Part shown: in pieces, positions 11,557 through 22,547 of the stretch
Layout: each line of letters opens with the position of its first letter
Position numbering within the stretch: the stretch's first letter is position 1
Notes under the pieces: model-generated
The model's input: only the letters and a program-made list of their open reading frames with translations
What the model was told of the DNA's origin: nothing
Databases searched by the model: none
Source of the DNA: an uncultured Planctomycetota bacterium
GTDB lineage: Bacteria; Planctomycetota; Planctomycetia; Isosphaerales; Isosphaeraceae
Reading direction: 5' to 3'
Length of the DNA: 52,329 bases
NCBI GenBank assembly: GCA_963845755.1
Contig: CAWJTV010000008.1
Span: forward strand, 1-52,329
Program-made: the position numbers and the translations under genes

Positions 11557-14149
11557 TCACTCCCGCGTCAATGCCTCGTCGAGGTTCAGGATCGCCAGGC
11601 AAACCGCCGAGAGCGCGGCGAGCTCGCCGGCGTCGAGCGTCTCGTCCCGCTGGGACTCGTCCACGCCGAGCAGTGCCCTCGCCCCCGCGCCGTCCTTCGC
11701 GTAAATCGCGACCTGCCTGGCGTAGGCCCGACGCAGAATCCCGAGGTCGAGATCCGTCGGCTTGCGGCACATCACGAGTTGGAATGCCGTCGTCAGCCGC
11801 TCATCGAGGTTGTTCGACGCTTTCATGCTTCGTTCGGCCAGGGCCCGCGCGGCCTCGACCCAGGTCGGGTCGTTGAGCGTGGTGAGCGCATGGAGGGGCG
11901 TGCTCGTGGTGCTGGACCGCACGCGGCAGGTCTGACGGTTCGAGGCGTCGAACATGTTGGCCGGCCCGACGGTCCGTCGCCAGAAGGTGTAGAGGCTGCG
12001 TCGATAGAGGTCCTTGCCCGAGGAGGCCGGGTACGTGAAGTCCCGTTCCTTGGTGATGGCGAGCGCCTCCCAGATGGCGTCAGGCTGGTAGGGATAAACG
12101 GGGCGTCCGCCGATCCGGAGGGCGATCAGGCCGGAGGACGCGAGCGCCCAGTCTCGCAAGATCAAAGACGGCATCCGGAACCGGTTCGCCCGTGAATACA
12201 GCCGGTTTTCCGGGTCGCGGGCGCGCTGACCGGGCGTCGCGCGACTCGACTGCCGGTAAGTCGCACTCGTGACGATCAGCCGATGCATGGCCTTCATCCC
12301 CCAGCCCCGCTCGCGGAACTCGACGGCCAACCAGTCGAGGAGCTTTCCGTGAACCGGGTATTCGCTCTGGACGCCGAAATCCTCCGCGGTCTTGACGATC
12401 CCGGAGCCGAAGGCATGCTGCCACATCCGGTTGACCTGCACGCGGGCGGTCAGCGGGTGTTCGGGCATGACGAGCCAGCGGGCGAGCCCCAGGCGGTTGG
12501 CCGGCGCCCCCTCGGGCATCGGGGGCAGAAACGCCGGTGTCGCGAACGAGACTTTTACCCCAGGCTTGAGGTACTCACCCCGGGTCAGGATGGCCGTTTG
12601 CCGGGGCCTGGCGTCGCTCATGATCATCACGCGCGGGAGCTGATCGCCGCGATAGTCCCGGAGCTGGTTCCGGACGACGTCGGACTTCGACAGAGCGGGC
12701 AGCCTGGAGGTAAGCGCCGGGCGGACCTTGTCGTCGAAGTGTTTGCGAAGGCCCGCGTCGAGCGTCTTCTTCTCGTCGTCGCTGCGCTCGTTTTCCGGCT
12801 TGCGAAGGATGGAGGCCAGTGCGTCCGGCAGGCCTTTTCCGTTCGTGAACTTGCCATCGGCGAGAATACCGAATCGCCAGCCCTCAAAGGCCGACTCACT
12901 CGCAATCTTTCCCTGGGCCTCGGCTTCCTTCAGCTTCGCTTCCAGGTCGGCAATTCTGGCTCGAGTCTCCTCGGTCGGCAACTCGACGAACGGCGCCGCC
13001 ACGCGAACCCGCGACGAAAAGAACTGCGGCGTGCCGCTCTCCGGAACTCGGTTGAAGGCATCGAGAAGGCTGTAGTAGTCTTTCTGGGTTATCGGATCAA
13101 ATTTGTGATCGTGACACTGCGCAGGCCATCGTCAGGCCGAGCCACGTCGTGGACGTGGTGTCGATCCGGTCGAAGAGGTTGACCCACCGCTGTTCCTCGG
13201 CGATCGCGCCCCCTTCTCCATTCAAGAGGTGATTGCGGTTGAATCCGCTGGCGATCTTGTCCTCGATCGTGGCATTGGGCAAGAGATCGCCGGCCAGCAG
13301 GCGGATCGTGAACTGATCGAAAGGGATGTCGTCGTTCAGCGCCTTGACCAGCCCGTCGCGCCAGATCCATTGCCAGGTATCACCGTCTTGTTGGAACCCG
13401 TTGCTGTCGGCATAACGGGCGGCGTCGAGCCAGGGGAGGGCCATCCGCTCGCCGTAATGCGGACTGGCGAGCAACCGGTTAACCAGCATTTCGTAGGCAT
13501 TCGGATCGGTGTCGGCCACGAAGGCGTCAACTTCCTCGAGCGTCGGGGGCAACCCCGTGAGGTCGATCGAGAGCCGCTTGATGAGAGTGGCCGGGTCGGC
13601 CTCGAGCGAGGCAGACATCCCTTCGGCTTCGAGCTTCGCGAGCACGAAGCGGTCGATCGAGTTTCTGACCCACCGAGCGTCCTTCACGGCGGAATCGGCC
13701 GGTCGCCTGGGAGCGACGAAAGCCCAGTGCGTGGCGTAATTCGCCCCTTCCTCGATCCAACGCTCCAACTGCTTCTTTTGCTCGAGGGTAAGCCGCCGGT
13801 TCGACATCGGAGGCGGCATCAGTTCCTGGGGATTCGTCGCGTTGATCCGCGAGATCAGTTCGCTGGCGCGAGGGTCCTTCGGAACGATCGCACCGGCATC
13901 GATCGCCACGTCGCGAATGTCAAGCCGCAACTCGGCCTGACGCTTGCTCGCGTCTTGCCCATGGCAGTAGAAGCAGTTTTCCGCGAGGATGGGCCGGATG
14001 TCGCGGTTGAACTCGAGGGCGGGAGACTCGGCTTGAGCCCGGTCCTCGAGTGCGGGCAGAACCGCACCGCCTTGTAAGACGAACGCGATAAGAAATCGGA
14101 GAGAATACTCTGCCGCCCGGTTTCGTTCCGCTTGCATCTCGAACCCCAC
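11557..14149 (-). CDS. PSD1/Planctomycete cytochrome c domain protein (PSCyt1 + DUF1549 + DUF1553; frameshift near 13.0-13.1 kb)
   Basis: FNRDIRPILAENCFYCHG, HWAF, SPHYGERMA..WLDAARYADSNG, NRLGLARWL..HPLTARVQVNRMWQ, RRSLYTFWRR and TPLHAL. Confidence 0.92.
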
Positions 14150-14844
14150 CCAGGATACCCCATTTCGTCGACGGGCACTTGGCGTCAGTTGGAGATTTCT
14201 CTTGCCAGTAGCCCGCTCGCGAATGAAGTCGAGACCGCCTATCCGCAGGTGGGCGGACTACCAGAGACGCCAACCCGACTCATCCGCCTGGCATCCATGT
14301 TACCTCAGACTGATCGGCGGCGGTACGGGATCACGGGCCGAGGGTGACAGTCGTTCAGCAGCGAACAAGATGCGGCAGCATGAAAGCCGATCCAGTCGCC
14401 ATCGGGCCCAAAGGCAACCCCGGAGGGCGCGTCGGTGTCGTCGGACGACCGAAGCAACCTCGACTCAATCGTCTTCGGTGTCGTCGGACCGACGCGCGAG
14501 TTATCGTGCAAGCCAACGCACGTCGAGGTTAGCTCCGGGACCGGCCCAGCGCCAGCGACGCCCCTGGGCCACAGTGGCGGCGGTCGGGCGGAATCCGGGA
14601 CGTCCGGTGTCTCGATGGGGCCATGGCGGGATGCGGGAGATCGCCTGGAACTGGCCGGTTATCTCGGTCCGCACGCCGACCACACACCGTAACGTCGGCG
14701 CGTGGCGATCTCGCGGTGGAAATGCGCGAGGCGTTTCCGCTTCTTTCTAGAAGAATGTTGGAAGGATTTCCCGGGTCGGTGCATATTGACGTTGGTAGGC
14801 CGGTATAAGGTGACAGGCTCATAAGCGGGGGAGATCCTTCGGGC

Positions 14845-16096
14845 ATGCTCCGTGACATCGGGACGCTGTTCAGCAACGGAACGCTCGGCGGGCTGACCGA
14901 CAGGCAACTGCTGGAACGGTTCGTGGACCGGAACGACTCCTCGGCGGAGGATGCGTTCACCATCCTCCTCGAGCGGCACGGGCCGATGGTCTGGGGCGTT
15001 TGTCGCCGGCTGCTGCCCGACCGAGACGCCGCGGCCGACGCGTTTCAGGGCACGTTCCTGGTGCTGGCGCAGGGCCTCGGCGGTCAGGGTCGACGACTCG
15101 CTGGGGCCGTGGCTCTACGGAGTCTGCCGCCGCGTCGCCGCACGGTCGCGCGCCACCTCCCTGCGCCGGAGGGCGCGCGAGACCGGCGGGGTCGAAGCGG
15201 TAGCCGGCCCGGCCCCTGATCCGGGCCGCGCCGAGCGGCTCGCGATCCTGGATGAAGAGATCGGCCGCCTCCCCGAGCGTCAACGCGCGGCGGTCGTCCT
15301 TTGTGACCTGGAGGGTCTGCCTCACGAGGACGCGGCGCGCCGGCTCGGCTGCCCGGTCGGGACGGTCGAGAGCCGCCTGTCCCGGGGGCGGCAGAGGCTG
15401 CGCGACTGCCTGGTGCGGCGCGGGCTTGCTCCCGCCGCAGCGGCGCTCTGGGCCGAGATGGCCCGCGACGCTTCGGCCGCGATGCCCGCGGCGCTCATCA
15501 AGCATTCGGCCCGGTTCGTGACGAGTTCTCCCGCGGCCGGCGCCGTGCCGGTGGCGGTCACCGCTCTTGCCGAAGGAGTGATCCAGATGATGTGGCTTGC
15601 AAGGCTGAAACCGCTGGTCGCCGTCGCAGCGGCCCTGATCCTCGCGACCGCCGGGGTCGTCGTCCAGGGACGACAAACGCCCGCGCCCGAGGGAGCGCGG
15701 GAACAGGCCAAGACCGCTGCTCCCCCGCCAGCCGGCGCGAGCGGCGCGGCCGTGCCGGACATGGCGGCCAACCGGGCCATTGCCAGGCAGCAGCTCGACC
15801 TGATTGACAAAGCCTGGGACTTCATACATTCCTTGGCCCAAAATGACCGAATCGAGATCGCCACCGGGCCGGTCGCCCTGTGGGGGCGCCGTAGGATGGA
15901 AACGCTTCACAAGGCGGGAGCCGGGAAGGCCGAGATCGTTGCGGCATTGGAGAAATACATCAACGACCTGAAGGTGTTGGAGGCGATTGCCAAAGCCCGG
16001 AGGGAGCAAGCTCGAGCCACTGAACTCGGCATTTATGAAACCCAATTCCTGCGCATGGAGGCCGAGATCTGGTTGAACGAGGAGAAGGCACGGTGA
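14845..16096 (+). CDS. Planctomycete ECF sigma-70 factor with transmembrane C-terminal extension (frameshift near 15070)
   Basis: GLTDRQLLERF..AEDAF..RHGPMVWGVCRR, LGPWLYGV and LPERQRAAVVLCDLEG..GCPVGTVESRLSRGR, followed by a TM segment. Confidence 0.9.
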
Positions 16097-16961
16097 CGCG
16101 CGACGAGTCCTTGCGTCACCGGGCCTCTGTCCGCGCTGCAGGACGGTGCGGAATTCGCCGACAGTATCCGTTGCGACTCGCGCCCCCCTAGCCGGGTGGC
16201 CGGTTAACAACCGCCAGAGAAAGCCACTGCTCCCCGCCCGCGCCCGGCATTTACCGATCACTATTGAGATCCCTTCAAGGTTCGCCGTCCAAACTCTCAG
16301 CCCGATACCGGCTGATCACTTCTTGCCCGTTCGCCGGAAGGACATCAGCAGTTCGGATGGCTGAGGTCGCACCGACGCAAGCCTCCCAGGTGCGAACTCG
16401 TCATTCGGAACGAAATACCGCAGCTTGCGTGCGTCGGTGTGATCGACCGAAGCCATCCTCTGCCGGTAATGTCGGACGCGACTGGAGCCAAGGCAGTGTA
16501 CGCTTGACCCCATGCCTCGGTCGGGCCAATGTTGGGGGAATGCTGCGAGAACTCCCCGAAGACACCCAGTTGCGCCTCGGCTATCGCATCGCCTACGGGG
16601 AAGCCGCCCGCCTGGCGGAGATGGCCACATTCGACCACGGCTGGGGCAGGGACTTCGCTGCCCAGATCGGCGGTCAACCCGACGCGATCGAGAAGGAAGT
16701 GTTGCGGCGGGTCGGCCCGGGCTCCATCCCGAGGTCGTCAAGTTGGCGGTCCGGGACGCCCTAGAGCCCCGAAAGCCGCGGTGGTGAGGGGCGGAGCGTC
16801 GTCGCATCATCGCGTGCGGGATCCGGCGTGGCCGTGCGTGCCGGACCGGGGATATTGCCCCTCCAAGCGCTTATGATGAAGCTACGATAGTACGGTTCGC
16901 CGGTCCGGGTTTGCCCTTCGTCTTGGGGCGGCCCGCGGTTTCATGATCGGGGGAGATCGCT

Positions 16962-17690
16962 ATGAGGCTCGATGGAAAACGGGTGGTTATCATCGGCGGG
17001 AGCTCGGGGATCGGCCTGGAGACGGCACGGCTGGCGCTGGCCGAAGGAGCATCCATTACCATCGCCGGTAGGTCCGAGGGCCGACTGCAACGGGCCGCCG
17101 AGAGCCTGGCCGCCGCGGGGAATGTTGATCGGCTTCGCACCGTCGTCGCCGACATCGCCGTAGAATCGTCGATCCAGGCACTATTCGCAAGCGAGACGCG
17201 GGTCGATCATGTCTTCCTGCCAGCCGGGGAACTCAGGCCAGGAGGCGGTGACGTGCTGGGAACCGAGCTCGAAGGGCTGCGGTCGATCCTGGAGGTCCGC
17301 CTGCTCGGCGTGGCCCTCGTCTTGAGGCAGGCGAAGCCGCGGATGGAGGGCGGTTCGATCACGCTGATGTCCGGCCTCTACTCGACGCGCCCGGCAGCCG
17401 GCGGAGCGATGGCGGCTGCCGCCGTCGCAGGGGTGGAGGGTATGACCAGGGCACTGGCATTGGATTTGGCCCCGATTCGGGTCAATGCGGTGGCTCCCGG
17501 CCTGATCGACACGCCGCTCTGGGCCGCCTTCGGCCCGCAACGGGAAGCATTCGCCGCGAGGGCCGCCAAGCTGCCGGTCCGACGGATCGGCCGGCCGGAG
17601 GAGGTGGCCGAGGCGGTCCTCTTCCTGATGACCAACGGGTTTGTCACTGGGACCGTCTTGCGGATCGACGGCGGGGGTGGGCTGGTTTGA
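16962..17690 (+). CDS. SDR family oxidoreductase
   Basis: IIGGSSGIG, RVNAVAPGLIDTP, GRPEEVA and FVTGTVLRIDGG. Confidence 0.93.
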   Translation: MRLDGKRVVIIGGSSGIGLETARLALAEGASITIAGRSEGRLQRAAESLAAAGNVDRLRTVVADIAVESSIQALFASETRVDHVFLPAGELRPGGGDVLGTELEGLRSILEVRLLGVALVLRQAKPRMEGGSITLMSGLYSTRPAAGGAMAAAAVAGVEGMTRALALDLAPIRVNAVAPGLIDTPLWAAFGPQREAFAARAAKLPVRRIGRPEEVAEAVLFLMTNGFVTGTVLRIDGGGGLV

Positions 17691-17794
17691 ATGGTAGCGC
17701 CCAGATGGTCGGGTGGGCGAAACCAAGGGGGCTGCCGTTGAAGGATAATCTTACACGAATCTGAACGCCACGCTGAGCGAGGGCAGCTACCTAG

Positions 17795-17895
17795 GCCGGC
17801 CTCGGCACCATTCACCAGGCAGGGCCACCATGTTCCGGGTCAGCCGCCAGGGCGAGGGGATCGACGACGCTGATGTCATCAAGGGTGCCCGGTGA
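17795..17895 (+). repeat. Hairpin-micro-ORF unit, copy A (right hairpin arm plus truncated ORF MFRVSRQGEGIDDADVIKGAR*)
   Basis: CGGCCTCGGCAC arm and ATG at 17830, homologous to copies B and D. Confidence 0.8.
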
Positions 17896-18490
17896 GAGTG
17901 CTCAAGATAATTGACTGACGTCCGATCACGATAATCGATGGAAGCCGTGGTTTGCACACGGCCGAAGTAGCGGTGGCCCCTTCTCTCGACTCCGGATTGT
18001 CGTTCCGTTCCCTGCTCTCTCTGGGCGGCGGAACGGGGAACGCACCGTTGATCTCGCTCAGACCCTCGTTGATCACGGAACATCAGTTGGTGTCGACCCT
18101 CAACGATCTTGCCCCAAACCGCGCACCACGCTTCGCGCGACTCGGCCTCGGGATGGCAAACGGACAGCCACGAGCGCTCGGCTATGGGTGTTGGTTCAGG
18201 TGTGCGCCTTCTGTTTGCAAAGACGCACTGGCTTCGAGGAAACGCCCTTCCGACCGATGATCGCCGACCATGGTCACCTCTCGCAGAGGTGATTCGGTCG
18301 ATCACACCGAAGCGGGCAGCTAGCCACCGCGGAGCACGCCTCGGTCCACTGGCGGTCGCTGTACGTCAACGATCCGGAGGCCAACGAGGTCGAGTGGGTC
18401 TACCTAGACTTGTGCGGCCCTGAGAACGCTGGTTAGAATTCATCCCGTGTCCTGATGAACCGGACGAACCCCCGATGTTGGAGGAAGACG

Positions 18491-19330
18491 ATGAGGCTTG
18501 TCAAGCTCGTGTGCGCACTCGCCCTGACGGCGACCTTTGGGATATTCGGTCCTGTTCCCGAGACGATGGTGCGGGCCGACGAAGTCGTCGCCCTGGTCCC
18601 GGCCTATTTCTATCCGTCGTATCTGGGTTCCCCCTGGGACGACCTGAACACGACCGCCGCCTCCATCCCCATCGAGGCGATCATGAACCCGGACAGCGGC
18701 CCCGGACCCGCCGTGAACAGCGATTATGTCACCGCCGTCCAGAACCTCCAGGCCGCTGGCGGCAAGGTCATCGGCTACGTCGCGACCGGCTATGGTGCGC
18801 GGGATGCGGGAGACATCCTCAACGACGTCTCCAATTATGTGGCCTGGTACGGCGTCAATGGGATCTTTCTCGACGAGATGGGCAACGAGGATGGCTCGCT
18901 GGACTACGTGGGGCTCTACCAGTCCATCAAAGCGATAGCTGCCGAAGCGGGAATCGACTTGCACGTCGTCGGCAACCCCGGGGAACCCTTCTCCGAGTCG
19001 TACATCACCGCGGCGGATACGCTGGTCATCTTCGAGGGGCCTTATGCCAATTCCGACCCGACCGGCCCCAGCTACGAGGACTTCCCCAAGAAAGGCCCCT
19101 ATACCGGTCTGACGCCCTGGTGGCTAAGTTACAGTCCGTCTCAGATCGCCAACATCGTCTACGCCGATCCGACCGAACTCGACCTCCTCCGGTCGGTGGT
19201 CAAGGCGCTTTCCCAGAATGCGGGCTACATCTACATCACGGATGGCACGCTGCCCAATCCTTACGGCGGACTCCCGAGTTACTGGGATATCGAGGTGATT
19301 CTGATCGAGATCATCAACGACCTCCTCTAG
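18491..19330 (+). CDS. Spherulation-specific family 4 (GH135-like) secreted glycoside hydrolase
   Basis: GGAGG RBS and signal peptide, then LVPAYFYP, AIMNPDSGPG, VIGYVATGYG, GIFLDE, VVGNPG, ADTLVIFEG and NPYGGLPSYW. Confidence 0.88.
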   Translation: MRLVKLVCALALTATFGIFGPVPETMVRADEVVALVPAYFYPSYLGSPWDDLNTTAASIPIEAIMNPDSGPGPAVNSDYVTAVQNLQAAGGKVIGYVATGYGARDAGDILNDVSNYVAWYGVNGIFLDEMGNEDGSLDYVGLYQSIKAIAAEAGIDLHVVGNPGEPFSESYITAADTLVIFEGPYANSDPTGPSYEDFPKKGPYTGLTPWWLSYSPSQIANIVYADPTELDLLRSVVKALSQNAGYIYITDGTLPNPYGGLPSYWDIEVILIEIINDLL

Positions 19331-19520
19331 TCGGTGGCCATCCTCGCTCGACAAACGCATGAAGGTCGCCCCGCCGGATATCAACCCAGCAGGACGGCCC
19401 TTCGGCCTTCGCGCTCGCTTCTTCAGAATTCCAGTGCCGACTCAGGACGCTCGGCCTGGCCCCCTCGTTGCGGATCTGCACAGTGCGCTCATGTCGAAGA
19501 ACCGCTCTACAGGGCCGGTT

Positions 19521-19803
19521 AACACGCCCAGCCGAGGCGGCCGAGTCTTATATCGGCCGACCACGCCATTCCTCACCAGGCGGAGCCAGCACGTTCCGGG
19601 TCAGCCACCGTGGCGAAGGCATCGATGACACCGGCACCCTTGATGGTGAACGGGAGATCGTCCGGAGTCGGCAGCCGGGCCGGTACGACGTCGATGAGAT
19701 CCGGGCTGATCCGTTCGCCTCGGGGCACACCAGCCGGTCGTGGGGCCGGATGATCCGACATCCGGACGGGCGGATTGAGGATGAGCCGTGGCCGTGGTCC
19801 TAA
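19521..19803 (+). repeat. Hairpin-micro-ORF unit, copy B (full-length 70-codon ORF, start ATG mutated to ACG at 19591)
   Basis: AAC..CAGCCGAGGCGGCCGA..TCGGCC hairpin, then (T)FRVSHRGEGIDDTGTLDGEREIVRSRQPGRYDVDEIRADPFASGHTSRSWGRMIRHPDGRIEDEPWPWS*. Confidence 0.85.
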
Positions 19804-20936
19804 GTTGACGGGCTATGCAAACCCTCAACGGTTCTGTCGCGATGCCCCTCTGTAATTGAAACCGCCGAAGGCCGATTGAGTTGAGTCATAAGGAATCTGA
19901 GTATTACAGATGTCGTGATGATCATAATCGCGACGGAGAGTATGAAGTCGAGTTTCGTCAGCACAGTCACCTCCGACGGGACCAGGATAGTTCGTAGAGG
20001 CAAGATCGCAAAAAGGATGGCGCCTGCATCAATGAGTAGCTGGTGCAATTCAGGCTTCTCGGCTCGCGGATTGCCTAGCACTATGTATAGCAACAAGACA
20101 CCTAGAATCACTGGTACGGAACCCAGGGCATAACAGAACCAAACAAAACTCCGGTCTCTGAGTATTTCGAGGCTCACCTTTAGGGGACGGTTAGACCTGG
20201 GGTCGTCCTCCCCCTGGACGAAGACAACCTTCGACCCCAAGTCGCCTCCCACTGACACCGAGAAGTCCAGAGCCAACACAAACTGATATTGCCCCGCTTC
20301 TGTTAGGCGGGATATTCCGTTGGACGTTTCTATGCTGGGCAACACGGTTCCCCAATACGAGTCCTCGGGGAACGAAGACATGTAACCATCTAAATAGATA
20401 TTACATTGCTGTGACATATCAATAGTTTCATATACATCTCGATTTGCATCAAATAATTGCTTCACAGAAAATGTAATTTTCTGCATCAACAAATGCTCAG
20501 AACCTATTAATATCACTTCTAGGTAGTCATCCTCATATTCTTTCTTCGACTGTATCCTTCCACTTTTCTCGTCTTTCTCCCATACCTTGGTCAGCGACTT
20601 GGTCCCAATCAACTCCCCCCAGACTTTTTTCGGGATTCTGAGCTTGAGAATCGCTTCAAGTCTCCGCTCCGCCAACAAGAATCTCTGGATGTCCAGTTCG
20701 ACGCGAATCCAATCCGACTTGGCGGCTTCAGATCCACCGGGCGCATAAGACTGAATTCGACTGATCAGGCGGCCGCTCGACATAGCCGCTGAATACCTTA
20801 CACCCGGGGAATCGTGAATCTGCCAACCGAACTGGAGGATCGGAAGCCACAATCCAGACATGAGAACCGCGCCAGCAATCATCCACATCACGGCCCTCAC
20901 GCTTGGACGTACGGTCGAGGGTGAGTTTCGTTTCAT
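19800..20936 (-). CDS. AT-richer membrane protein, DUF4436-like (1 N-terminal TM, soluble domain, 3 C-terminal TMs)
   Basis: GGAGG RBS before ATG 20936, clean ORF, and C-terminal ILFAILPLRTILVP..LTKLDF. Confidence 0.7.
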   Translation of the reverse strand: MKRNSPSTVRPSVRAVMWMIAGAVLMSGLWLPILQFGWQIHDSPGVRYSAAMSSGRLISRIQSYAPGGSEAAKSDWIRVELDIQRFLLAERRLEAILKLRIPKKVWGELIGTKSLTKVWEKDEKSGRIQSKKEYEDDYLEVILIGSEHLLMQKITFSVKQLFDANRDVYETIDMSQQCNIYLDGYMSSFPEDSYWGTVLPSIETSNGISRLTEAGQYQFVLALDFSVSVGGDLGSKVVFVQGEDDPRSNRPLKVSLEILRDRSFVWFCYALGSVPVILGVLLLYIVLGNPRAEKPELHQLLIDAGAILFAILPLRTILVPSEVTVLTKLDFILSVAIMIITTSVILRFLMTQLNRPSAVSITEGHRDRTVEGLHSPST

Positions 20937-20968
20937 TGGTGAGCCTCCACCGATATAGGGGTGTTCGT

Positions 20969-21351
20969 CAACACCTCGTTGAGCACCATGGCCAGCCTCA
21001 CCCCAGACTGATAGAGCCGGCACTTCGCAACGGGTAGGGCCTTCTCGTAGTATTGATCCCCCAGCTTGGCACCAGGCTTCATCCTCTGGCCCGTCGCCGG
21101 GTCCTGGTAGGCTTCCCGGGCTGCCAAGAGGCTCTCCGTCGCCCAATCCTCGACGGAGCCGCCCTGAGCCTTCTGGCGGGCTTCTGGCGTGTCCATCGCG
21201 ATCAAATCATCGAGCCGTCGGGCTTCATCCTGGCTCGCCCGTTCGATGATGCCGGTGTCCCAGACCCGGTGCATGTTGCTCCCCCGGGTGAACCAACGAA
21301 CCTTGGTATCATTCCCGCCACGGTCGTGGTTGTCGCCGACGTGCAGGGGCA
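20969..21351 (-). pseudogene. S1/P1 nuclease, 3' fragment of disrupted copy
   Basis: PLHVGDNHDRGGND..NMHRVWD..WATESL..GVRLAMVLNEV, near-identical to the intact copy at 33667-34506. Confidence 0.9.
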
Positions 21352-21352
21352 G

Positions 21353-21550
21353 TCAGGCTCTCATCGCTTTGATTATCGAATCAAGGACCAGGGCGGGCAC
21401 CTCCTGGGTCGTCACCTTAAGGCCCGTGGCCACCATAATCACTGCATGGCTTTCCGGGTCGCTGTCTGCCGAGTGCACCCACACGATCTGGTCCGGATTG
21501 ATGAAGTAAACGACGCCATCTGTGCTCTTCACCTCGATGAGTTTCTGCAT
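21353..21550 (-). CDS. Small 65-aa protein, FlbD/SwrD-like
   Basis: AGGAG RBS. MQKLIEVKSTDGVVYFINPDQIVWV...VIMVATGLKVTTQEVPALVLDSI follows the FlbD-type pattern (..G..F.LN...I.......I....G....V.E....V...I). Confidence 0.6.
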   Translation of the reverse strand: MQKLIEVKSTDGVVYFINPDQIVWVHSADSDPESHAVIMVATGLKVTTQEVPALVLDSIIKAMRA

Positions 21551-21573
21551 GTCGGCTGCTCCTGATGTAGAGA

Positions 21574-22147
21574 TGTCACCGGGCGCTTCAAAACCAGCCA
21601 CTCATGGGCGCTTCAAAACCAGCCACGACGGTTGGGGGTTTCGTCCACGATTTCGAGTCTAACCGGCTCAACCTTCTGTTCAAAGTATCCGACGTCAACC
21701 GGCTTTCTTTTTCCCTCGGGGATGGCTTCCTTTGGTCCGGCGGTTCGATCTCTCTTCAGGCGTTCGGCGCTGGCCTGACCCGGCTCAAACGGCCTCCCTT
21801 GGGGCGTCTCCGGAGCCGGAGGGCGCTTTGGCTGGTTTTCGCGCGCTGTCGTCCCCGGCCGAGCCGGGGGGCGCATTGGCTGGTTTTGACGGTGGGTTAG
21901 CCTGCCGAATGTGACGGGCGACGGTCTCGCGGTTGATCCCGAGTTCGTCGGCGATGCGGGCGCTGGGACCAGCCGCGACGGTGCAGTGTACGAATGGTCT
22001 CGCTGATGGCCATCTTGAGCAGATTCGCCATGGGAAGGCTCCTGGGGCAAAGGACTTGCCCTGAAGCCTAACCGGCGGATCTGGGTCTCCTCAAAGTGGC
22101 TGGTTTTCAAGCGCCCCTCGCTGGCTGGTTTTGAGCGCCCGCTGACA
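21574..22147 (-). mobile_element. istA: 574-bp internally deleted IS21-family element (istA 5' fragment only)
   Basis: TG...CA ends, each carrying two GGGCGCT(T)CAAAACCAGCCA-type motifs. ATG 22031 gives MANLLKMAISETIRTLHRRGWSQRRIADELGINRETVARH (IstA HTH). No target-site duplication is visible. Confidence 0.88.
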
Positions 22148-22420
22148 TCCAGGGGGACATCAACGTAGTGCCAAGGGGCAGACTGCCTCATCCTCCCTCG
22201 GACCTCGTCGGCCCACGTCGAGCAGTCGGCCAGCGACTCACCTGGAAGCAGTAGCTCGGTGATGGCTGCCTTGGCGCTCGGGCTCAAGTGTCGTTCCGCC
22301 AGCTTCGAGATGACGCGATTCCCGAGGCGTCCCCATGCGCACGCTGGGGTAGCGATCTGGAATGACAGCAGAAGGATCAAGGCGGAAATGATCCACGGGC
22401 GGCGGGGCCGTGGAATCAGC
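22148..22420 (-). pseudogene. S1/P1 nuclease, 5' fragment of disrupted copy
   Basis: Signal peptide plus WGRLGNRV..STWADEVR..WHYVDVPLD, cut by the IS21 end. About 80 bp are identical to 34305-34385. Confidence 0.9.
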
Positions 22421-22547
22421 AGACCACCGGCTTCATCTATGATGCTGGCGAGGACTGACCTCTTCGTGGGGTGGACATCCTGCGCGAGCCGTAGTGTCAA
22501 GTGCGAATTGAGGACGCTGTCCATGGTTCCTATTTCACAAAGGAGAG

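Noticed and set aside
10603..12195. Long + strand ORF (also 14957-16261, 25343-26536, 40415-41965 and similar)
   Set aside because: These are antisense shadows of well-supported genes in high-GC DNA, with Arg/Pro/Gly-rich, motif-free translations.
16264..16876. Possible gene fragment upstream of the SDR gene
   Set aside because: A short protein-like stretch (about 16540-16730) could not be assigned to any family.
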